DNA from: Bdellovibrionaceae bacterium UBA1609
GTDB lineage: Bacteria > Bdellovibrionota > Bdellovibrionia > Bdellovibrionales > UBA1609
Assembly: GCA_002321895.1 (NCBI GenBank)
Contig: DCMZ01000002.1
Coordinates: 1-64,000 of the forward strand
DNA: 64,000 bases
Reading direction: 5' to 3'
Numbering within the stretch: the stretch's first letter is position 1; each line of letters starts with the position of its first letter. The position numbers and the translations under genes were made by a program. A model generated the notes under the pieces. The model worked only from the letters and a program-made list of their open reading frames with translations, was not told the DNA's origin and made no database searches. Below are positions 1 through 6,224 of this stretch, in pieces.

Positions 1-80
1 AATTGGCGGAATTGGCGGCATCGGCGGCGTTGGCGGAATTGGCGGAATCGGCGGAATCGGCGGCGTTGGCGGGCAAGCTC
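1..80 (+). repeat. In-frame tandem 9-bp repeat (ATTGGCGGA / ATCGGCGGC / GTTGGCGGA variants, about 9 copies) encoding (I/V)GG tripeptide repeats at the 5' edge of the window
   Basis: Direct reading: aattggcgga attggcggca tcggcggcgt tggcggaatt... Frame 2 translates to IGGIGGIGGVGGIGGIGGIGGVGG and runs into the ORF ending at 406. Confidence 0.8.
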
Positions 81-406
81 AGATTCAGATGCAAATGCAG
101 TTGATGCAACAGCAACAACAGCAGTATCAAATCGCCATGCAAAATGCTCAAAGGCAGCAGCAGGCTCGCCTTCAAGCGACTCAGCAAATTTCTTCATTAA
201 CCACACAGATTCAGCAGCTTCAGGCACAGATTGCACAGACCTACCAAGGTCTTTACTACGGTGGTAGTTCTAGTGTTGGAGTGGGTCTCACGGGTGGGTT
301 TAATTTAGGAGTGGGTACAAACTTGGGAGTGGGTACCAGTTTAACCACAGGTACCACTAGTAGATTTAGTACAAGTACTCCGGGAGCTTCTTTCGGCGGT
401 CGTTAA
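1..406 (+). CDS. C-terminal part of a glycine/glutamine-rich repeat protein; its 5' end lies upstream of the window
   Basis: Open frame from position 2 with no stop. (IGG)n repeats, then a Q-rich segment (MQLMQQQQQQYQIAMQNAQRQQQ) and a G/T/S-rich tail (GVGLTGGFNLGVGTNLGVGTSL). Stop TAA at 404-406. Confidence 0.5.
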   Translation, partial: IGGIGGIGGVGGIGGIGGIGGVGGQAQIQMQMQLMQQQQQQYQIAMQNAQRQQQARLQATQQISSLTTQIQQLQAQIAQTYQGLYYGGSSSVGVGLTGGFNLGVGTNLGVGTSLTTGTTSRFSTSTPGASFGGR

Positions 407-407
407 A

Positions 408-1430
408 TTAGTCATTGATATTTAATCCAAAAGTCTCGGTGGGCTGAACCCTCGAGGCTTTTTTTTGTGTCTCTTGAAATATAAAATAGCCACCAATCAC
501 TACACCGACCCAAACCCAAGGACTGATTCTCTTATCTTTCAATTCCTCAGCGGTATGGCGACTTTCCATTTCGGTGAGTGGAGAGGTGGCCCTATCACTT
601 CTAATTGGTGGTGGGACTAAAACTATGGGGCGAATGCTTTGATTGACCGCCGGAATACAAAGGGGGCTAAAAAAGACCTTTACTTGATTGAGTCTAATAT
701 TTCCATTCAATTTGGGGCGGTCACAGCTTCCTGCGACCAACGGGACGCTCTTTGATCGTGGAATCAACTGACCTTCCAGATTGGTTTGCATCACAAGAGG
801 TTGATGGCTATTAGAGAGAAAAACCACTTGTGCGCCAGGTAATTTAACCACCTCATCCACTTGCTCTATTGGGATAAGTTGCTTCTGATATATTATGAAG
901 TCGTAATTTTTGATGTCATTTTGTAAATTCCAATGGACCTTTTCCAGTGAATTGTAAATTTCTAAAACTCTATTTTTAAATTTCAGGTCACTCCACCAAT
1001 TTTCGGGCACTCGGGGTGAATGAATGGCCAGCTGTTGTAGCCAAGCCTCTTTTTTCTCCTTTTGAGTTTCTAGTTGGAACAGGTAAGAGTAGGTCTCCCA
1101 AAGCTGGCGAAAGGTTGTCTTTGACAGGTATTGAGGCTGGGTCGTTTCAACAATGGCCGAAAAGGATTTTCTGGCGGCCAAAGGGTTGCCTTGCTTGAGT
1201 TGAAGTAGGGCCTCTCGAAAGAGGTCGTTTACATTTTCTTCCTGTGCACTATCTCTGAGTGTTTCTAGATAATATTGTGACATTGATATGTGCTGATGAG
1301 TCCGCGACTCGAGCCAAACTTTGTACTGCAACTTTTGAGCACGATCAGCAAGGATCACAGGCTCGGCGAAACCCGTTGAAGCGAGAGTTAAAATTATGGT
1401 TAAAACACAGTAAGACGATCTATAATTCAT
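408..1430 (-). CDS. Secreted hypothetical protein with an N-terminal signal peptide and a C-terminal hydrophobic segment; last gene of the Flp/Tad-like gene string
   Basis: 340-aa ORF. N-terminus MNYRSSYCVLTIILTLASTGFAEP is signal-like; internal helical TPR-like stretch; C-terminal WVWVGVVIGGYFIF hydrophobic segment. Convergent with the Gly-rich gene; the two stops are 1 nt apart. Confidence 0.45.
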   Translation of the reverse strand: MNYRSSYCVLTIILTLASTGFAEPVILADRAQKLQYKVWLESRTHQHISMSQYYLETLRDSAQEENVNDLFREALLQLKQGNPLAARKSFSAIVETTQPQYLSKTTFRQLWETYSYLFQLETQKEKKEAWLQQLAIHSPRVPENWWSDLKFKNRVLEIYNSLEKVHWNLQNDIKNYDFIIYQKQLIPIEQVDEVVKLPGAQVVFLSNSHQPLVMQTNLEGQLIPRSKSVPLVAGSCDRPKLNGNIRLNQVKVFFSPLCIPAVNQSIRPIVLVPPPIRSDRATSPLTEMESRHTAEELKDKRISPWVWVGVVIGGYFIFQETQKKASRVQPTETFGLNIND

Positions 1431-1912
1431 TTATCTTCTCCATAGTAAATTTGAACGGATTTTTTTGGGGATTTAGTTTTAGGTTTGGAAGGTCTTTCAC
1501 CCACTTGAGGGGGTTTGTACGGGCTGATAACAGCAAAGTAAGGGCCTTGAAATCCAAGTAGGTATTCGGTTTGCTCTTTAGTTATTAGGACTGCAAATTG
1601 ATTTTCATTGCGTGGTGCTCGTACAAGCCTTGAGTTTCTGAGAATGAGTTGGCTTTTATTCTTTCCTGTAGTTCGCGAATAGAGATCCACGATGGTGTTG
1701 TCGGCCACAAGTGAGTCAATGGATAGAGCGTTTTCCAATTCTATGGCGACCAATTGATATCCCGCAGGAATCAAAGTGTCGGCACTTAAACTTAGAGGAC
1801 TAGAGGTGGTGACCTCATTTTTTGGGAAGGGATCTAATATTAATATCATCATGATTAAACTCAGTCCCAGTAGCCCTATTTCTTTTTTATTTTTCATCCA
1901 AAGCTGTTTCAT
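1427..1912 (-). CDS. CpaB/RcpC-like Flp pilus assembly protein (short form)
   Basis: 161 aa with an N-terminal TM (IGLLGLSLIMMILIL). The segment LIPAGYQLVAIELENALSIDSLVADNTIVDLY...NSRLVRAPRNENQFAVLITKEQTEYLL resembles the CpaB SAF/beta-clip region. The 4-nt overlap with the upstream ORF suggests coupling. Confidence 0.4.
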   Translation of the reverse strand: MKQLWMKNKKEIGLLGLSLIMMILILDPFPKNEVTTSSPLSLSADTLIPAGYQLVAIELENALSIDSLVADNTIVDLYSRTTGKNKSQLILRNSRLVRAPRNENQFAVLITKEQTEYLLGFQGPYFAVISPYKPPQVGERPSKPKTKSPKKSVQIYYGEDK

Positions 1913-2036
1913 GGAAGGGTTTTCCTTTCAATGAAGTGCTGCCTTTCAGCTTGGATTTTTAGCGATTCCTCTTGTAGAGTTTTTAGAAACAGAATCATGC
2001 TGGTTACCAAACTGATGGCTATGAGAAATTCGATCA

Positions 2037-2693
2037 CTAAAAAGCCTTTGTTAGTTGTGGGATCCATTTGCCTTCCTTTTTAATTTGAGAGACTTCGCAT
2101 TGATGTCGAATCCATCCTTTGAATGGAAAGAGTCTTTTCACGATCTTGCCCATGGGGCTGCTGTACTCCCAAGTCATAGTAAGGTTTTGGGCGGATTCAA
2201 AATCATCGACTCGGTGGTACTCAGGTGCCACCGACCAAAAGGGTTTGCCTTCGATAGATAGGGGAATCGCTGAGAGCTGTATGGGTCGAATTTGCTTTGA
2301 TTGGTTAAACTCTCTTAAGGTGTCCTGCCGAGCCATTTGGTTTTCTAGATGGGCTTGTTGAATTGCAATTTGCTGTTTCCCTTTTATAGCTAGCTGCTGC
2401 GCCTTTATTTTTAGTAATTTTTGCTGAGCTCGAGAGAATAAGGGCATATTGCCCGCCGCTAGAGCAGCGATGCTAATTCCCTGCCACTTAATAAATGATC
2501 GGTTTAGCTTTTTTGCCTTTTTGTTATAGGACTGCACTCTTAAGATCTGCTTGTTAATGGATTTTTGTATGGAAGACAGAGACTCTATGCATCGATTTTG
2601 CCCGAGCCATTGTTGGTGAACCCATCCGCTGAGGTTTCCTATAAAGAGGAAAGTCATGATGAGGAGTTGGAAGAAGACTACTGTGTATACCAT
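2037..2693 (-). CDS. Hypothetical membrane-anchored protein in the Flp/Tad-like operon, possibly a TadF/TadG-like pseudopilin
   Basis: 218 aa. Hydrophobic N-terminus VVFFQLLIMTFLFIG followed by a polar Q/K-rich region. Overlaps the TadE-like ORF by 16 nt. Confidence 0.35.
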   Translation of the reverse strand: MVYTVVFFQLLIMTFLFIGNLSGWVHQQWLGQNRCIESLSSIQKSINKQILRVQSYNKKAKKLNRSFIKWQGISIAALAAGNMPLFSRAQQKLLKIKAQQLAIKGKQQIAIQQAHLENQMARQDTLREFNQSKQIRPIQLSAIPLSIEGKPFWSVAPEYHRVDDFESAQNLTMTWEYSSPMGKIVKRLFPFKGWIRHQCEVSQIKKEGKWIPQLTKAF

Positions 2694-3124
2694 TTCCAGT
2701 CCTTTTTCCCATAAACTTGAGCGCGATGAAGTTTTAGCTGTTCCGAAAAATTTAACGCCTTTATAAATTTAAACTCACTGTTGTACTTCAAAGTCACTTG
2801 AGACTGAATTTGCCGAGGACTGACATCTGTTTGCTCAATGTGCAGCGAGGTCCAAGGTAAGGCTTGTGCCATTTTCGATTGAAACTGCGCTTCGCATTCC
2901 TTCGCTTTCGGTGCAGTGGCCTCTAGACAGAGCAACCATTGCCCCGAATAGTGAACAAAGAGAATTCGAGATAAGGTAGCTAACGCGAGTGCCAGTAGTA
3001 GAGCAAGGGCGGCCATCAAGAGTCCGCCTCCTACGAGAAACTCTAAAGTCGCCTGGCCGGCTTCTTCTTGGGAAAGCCGGAACAGTCTACTTGTCTTTGT
3101 TGGTGGCATGATTTGAGAACTCAC
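2678..3124 (-). CDS. TadE-like pseudopilin
   Basis: N-terminus RLSQEEAGQATLEFLVGGGLLMAALALLLALALA matches the TadE-like motif (G-x-x-x-VEF followed by a hydrophobic helix). Sits directly downstream of the Flp pilin gene. Confidence 0.55.
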   Translation of the reverse strand: MSSQIMPPTKTSRLFRLSQEEAGQATLEFLVGGGLLMAALALLLALALATLSRILFVHYSGQWLLCLEATAPKAKECEAQFQSKMAQALPWTSLHIEQTDVSPRQIQSQVTLKYNSEFKFIKALNFSEQLKLHRAQVYGKKDWKWYTQ

Positions 3125-3332
3125 TCATATCTTGTTCACGATATAGCCGCTTGGAGGGGGCCTTGGGTCTTAAATCTTCGGTCTTTTCGCCCCTGAGTGC
3201 ATTCACCACATTAGCGAGCTGAGTATTTACCCCCGACTGTAGTAGCTTAACCATTCCGATGGTGGCCACGCCCATAAGTGCGACCAATATTAGATATTCT
3301 ATGACCCCTTGGCCCTTTTGATTTCCAAGCAT
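3087..3332 (-). CDS. flp: Flp/Fap family type IVb prepilin
   Basis: 81 aa. MLGNQKGQG|VIEYLILVALMGVATIG contains the Flp G/XXXXEY processing motif followed by a hydrophobic helix. Small size is typical of Flp pilins. Confidence 0.7.
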   Translation of the reverse strand: MLGNQKGQGVIEYLILVALMGVATIGMVKLLQSGVNTQLANVVNALRGEKTEDLRPKAPSKRLYREQDMSEFSNHATNKDK

Positions 3333-3436
3333 TGAATCCTCCTTTTGGTTAAAAGGAGTGCAAAGTTCAAATAGAGATCAAATGGCCTCACTTTTTAGTG
3401 GGCATTAAGAAATTCGGAATCCGGACTTATTTTGAT

Positions 3437-3661
3437 TTATTTCTTTTTACGGGGTGGTTTCGCCTTTTTCTCGTGCTTTCGCTCTACCCAATGGCTGTGT
3501 ACGATCTCGTAGGCTTCTTTTTGTAGATCATGCTCGAACACGAATTTATAAAAGGCCGCAATTTCAGGGCTTTTTCGAAACTTTTTGGGGCTGCTCGGGA
3601 TATTTTCCGTCGTTGAAAAACTAATGCTTCCATCTTGTGAGACTTTTACTTTTCCGGACAT
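3437..3661 (-). CDS. Small basic hypothetical protein; start chosen at the internal Met so that it does not overlap the folD start
   Basis: The ORF track gives 3437..3823, which would overlap the divergent folD start. The internal start MSGKVKVSQDG at 3661 leaves a divergent promoter region. K-rich C-terminus. Confidence 0.35.
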   Translation of the reverse strand: MSGKVKVSQDGSISFSTTENIPSSPKKFRKSPEIAAFYKFVFEHDLQKEAYEIVHSHWVERKHEKKAKPPRKKK

Positions 3662-3822
3662 GAGCGCACCTCTTAACTGTTTGAATAGCCTAGATTTACT
3701 GCACTTCCACCACCGGGTCAAATTATAGCTCCTATTTATATTGGCCGTGATTTTTGCCAAGAGGCCTTGTAGGATGGCCGCAATTGCCAGAACATCCATT
3801 ATTTTTGTGACTTGGGGGCCCA

Positions 3823-4671
3823 ATGCCGATCATTGATGGAAAATCCGTAGCGGAAAAAGTGAAACAACAAATTGCCGACCAGGTGGCTGAATTTGCTAAA
3901 GAAAAAGGTCGGCCGCCCTGTTTGGGGGTCATCTTGGTAGGAGAGGATCCTGCCAGTCAGGTGTATGTCCGGAATAAGCACCGAACTTGTGAGCGAGTGG
4001 GCATGACTTCAAAGCAAGTGGTTCTTCCCGAAAGTACAAGTCGTGAGGAGCTCAAGGAAGCTGTTATGGCAATGAATAACGATCTGACTGTGGATGGTTA
4101 TCTTGTTCAGTTGCCTCTGCCCAAACATTTGGATGGAGAAGAGGTAAAGTCATGGGTAGATCCGAAGAAGGATGCCGATGGCCTCACTCCTGAAAATTTG
4201 GGACTTCTCGTTGCTGGGACTCCTCGTGTGGTGTCATGTACTCCTTTGGGAGTTATGGAGCTAATAAAAGATGTGGGTTATGATTTAACCGGCAAAAAAG
4301 CCGTGGTCGTGGGGCGCAGTCAAATTGTGGGTACGCCAATGAGTTTGTTGCTTACTCAGGCCAATGCCACAGTCACCGTATGTCACTCAAAGACGGTGGA
4401 CTTAGAGGCTCATACCAAAGAGGCGGATGTGGTAGTTGTGGCCGCAGGTCGCCCGCAAATGCTCGGCAAGAGTGCTTTTAAGACAGGCGCTTTGGTTATT
4501 GATGTGGGCATCCATCGTACCGAACAGGGGCTTTGCGGAGACGTTAAATTTGATGAAGTCAAAGATCATGTTGGCTTTATTACACCTGTTCCGGGAGGAG
4601 TGGGGCCAATGACGATAGCAATGCTTTTGCAGAACACCTTACGGCTAGCCGTCATCGGAGTCGAAAAGTAG
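3823..4671 (+). CDS. folD: Bifunctional methylenetetrahydrofolate dehydrogenase/cyclohydrolase
   Basis: 282 aa: MPIIDGKSVAEKVKQQI...LGVILVGEDPASQVYVRNK...AVVVGRSQIVGTPMSLLL...VGFITPVPGGVGPMT. Classic FolD motifs along the full length. Confidence 0.95.
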   Translation: MPIIDGKSVAEKVKQQIADQVAEFAKEKGRPPCLGVILVGEDPASQVYVRNKHRTCERVGMTSKQVVLPESTSREELKEAVMAMNNDLTVDGYLVQLPLPKHLDGEEVKSWVDPKKDADGLTPENLGLLVAGTPRVVSCTPLGVMELIKDVGYDLTGKKAVVVGRSQIVGTPMSLLLTQANATVTVCHSKTVDLEAHTKEADVVVVAAGRPQMLGKSAFKTGALVIDVGIHRTEQGLCGDVKFDEVKDHVGFITPVPGGVGPMTIAMLLQNTLRLAVIGVEK

Positions 4672-4770
4672 TAAAAATGTACATCTCTCGTAGATCCTAA
4701 ATCCATAAAAAATCTTCACATTGTTTTGAGGGTCCTGTGGCTATTCGGGACTTTAGTGATCAATTCAGGT

Positions 4771-4846
4771 TATATACAAGTATATAACAGTGTATATATT
4801 TAAGAATATTTTGACATAGTATACATAATAGTACATACTAATATAC
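4771..4846. promoter_or_regulatory. AT-rich iterated TATACA/GTATATA motif array (inverted and direct copies) containing a TTGACA -35-like hexamer, immediately upstream of the RHH gene
   Basis: ttaTATATACaaGTATATAacagtGTATATAtttaagaatatttTGACAtagTATACAtaatagTACATActaaTATACATG. The inverted repeat TATATAC-AA-GTATATA is at 4773-4788. Confidence 0.5.
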
Positions 4847-5155
4847 ATGAGTGAGATTAAAAGAATCAGTTTGATGATCGGAGAAGAGCAGCACGAGGCT
4901 GTTATGGAAAGAGGCCTCAATTTAAGCGGCCTGGTTCGAGATCTGCTGAATGATTATTTGAGTGAAAATAAAATCGTAATCGCAGTGAGTGACGAAACTA
5001 AGCAAGTTTATGATCAAGTGGTTTCAAACTCAGGAGCGAGTGACGAGGATTTAGAGCCCTATTTAATGGAGGCTCTAAAAGGACTATTAGAGGAGCGTAT
5101 CCAATCTATGGAAAAGCTTCGAAAGAAACTCATTAAGAAAGGAGGTAGAAGGTGA
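4847..5155 (+). CDS. Ribbon-helix-helix (CopG/Arc/MetJ-like) DNA-binding protein
   Basis: The N-terminus KRISLMIGEEQHEAVMERGLNLSGLVRDLLNDYL has the beta-strand/helix/helix pattern of RHH proteins, and is followed by an acidic C-terminal extension. Confidence 0.55.
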   Translation: MSEIKRISLMIGEEQHEAVMERGLNLSGLVRDLLNDYLSENKIVIAVSDETKQVYDQVVSNSGASDEDLEPYLMEALKGLLEERIQSMEKLRKKLIKKGGRR

Positions 5156-5364
5156 CAATGTTAATGATGCGACTGTTTTACGGTCTGTATTTCTTGGGAA
5201 TGGCTGTTTTGGCCTATCATACTTTGTCATTGATGATCTTTCAGCCCAACTCTAGATCAATTAAGGAAGTTGGGATGAAGATTCTACTGATTCCAGTTTG
5301 GCCATTGGCTCTATTTAGCCAGGCTGGACGCAACACACTTATGAAAATTACGAGGAGGCTATAG
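5152..5364 (+). CDS. Small two-TM membrane protein (NfeD-like partner?) translationally coupled between the RHH and SPFH genes
   Basis: 70 aa with two hydrophobic helices (LFYGLYFLGMAVLAY; ILLIPVWPLALF). An AAGGAGG SD lies upstream. Overlaps both neighbours (GTGA and ATAGTGA junctions). Confidence 0.4.
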   Translation: MTMLMMRLFYGLYFLGMAVLAYHTLSLMIFQPNSRSIKEVGMKILLIPVWPLALFSQAGRNTLMKITRRL

Positions 5365-6146
5365 TGACTAGATATTTAAAGCCATTGGCTGGAGCGATTG
5401 TACTAATGATTTTTGCAAGCGGTATTGCCGGATGTGGATTTTCAATTGTAGACACAGGTCATAGAGGAATTAAAACTCGATTTGGTAAAGTGGTGTCTGA
5501 ACCTTTGCCAGAGGGATTCTACTTCCACAACCCATTTACAACGAAAATCATTGAAATGGATATTCGAGTGCAAAAGTGGTCTCGCAAGACACTTGGGTAT
5601 ACAAAGGATATTCAAAATGTAGAGGTGAATTTCACGGTGAACTATCAGCCGGATCCCACGCACATGGCCAATTTCTACAAAGAGGTTGGACAAGATTGGG
5701 ATGCTAAACTTTTACCACAAATCATTGAAGGTAAAATCAAGGAGATCATTGGACAGTACGATGCCGTAAAGTTGGTTTCTGATCGACAAGATGCCACGGC
5801 AAAAATGTTAGAGCAAATTAGAATGGCCATGGAGGCCGCTCATATACAGATGGTGAACTTTGAGATTACAAATCTAGATTACAATGATGCTTTTGAGAAT
5901 GCCGTTGAGGCTAAAGTTGTGGCGATTCAGAATGCCGAAGAGTCGAAAAACAAGACCGTTCGGATTCGTGAAGAGGCCGAGCAGCAAATTATAGCGGCCA
6001 AAGCGGAAGCTGAAAGTATGAGAATTCGCGCCAGAGCATTGTCTCAGAACAAGAGTCTTGTGGAGTATGAGGCCGTGCAAAAGTGGGATGGGAAGTTGCC
6101 CGAATATATGATGGGCGGTTCGGTTCCCTTTATAAAAATTAAGTGA
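5364..6146 (+). CDS. SPFH/band-7 (prohibitin/stomatin/HflC-like) lipoprotein
   Basis: 260 aa. Lipobox IAGCG; core HRGIKTRFGKVVSEPLPEGFYFHNPFTTKIIEMDIRVQ is typical of the SPFH domain; coiled-coil Ala/Glu-rich C-terminus. GTG start preceded by an AGGAGG SD. Confidence 0.85.
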   Translation: MTRYLKPLAGAIVLMIFASGIAGCGFSIVDTGHRGIKTRFGKVVSEPLPEGFYFHNPFTTKIIEMDIRVQKWSRKTLGYTKDIQNVEVNFTVNYQPDPTHMANFYKEVGQDWDAKLLPQIIEGKIKEIIGQYDAVKLVSDRQDATAKMLEQIRMAMEAAHIQMVNFEITNLDYNDAFENAVEAKVVAIQNAEESKNKTVRIREEAEQQIIAAKAEAESMRIRARALSQNKSLVEYEAVQKWDGKLPEYMMGGSVPFIKIK

Positions 6147-6184
6147 TTTGAAGACTCTTTGTTAGTCGTCGTTCCGTTACTAAT

Positions 6185-6224
6185 ACCTTGGCGGGCCCTT
6201 TCCCGGGGCTCGCCTTTTTTATTT
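6185..6224 (+). terminator. Imperfect GC hairpin plus T6, likely a bidirectional terminator between convergent genes
   Basis: ggcgggccctttcccggggctcgcc followed by ttttttatttcc. Confidence 0.45.

Noticed and set aside
432-466. Possible terminator (cctcgagg palindrome plus T9) after the Gly-rich gene
   Set aside because: CCTCGAGG is self-complementary, so no loop can form. Only a weak 3-bp ggg/ccc stem precedes the T-run, and it lies inside the convergent gene's coding region. Not listed as a feature.
1016-1561. Plus-strand ORFs 1016..1198 and 1259..1561
   Set aside because: They lie entirely antisense within the longer minus-strand ORFs (408..1430, 1427..1912) and have no RBS and low-complexity translations. 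They are ORF-finder shadows.
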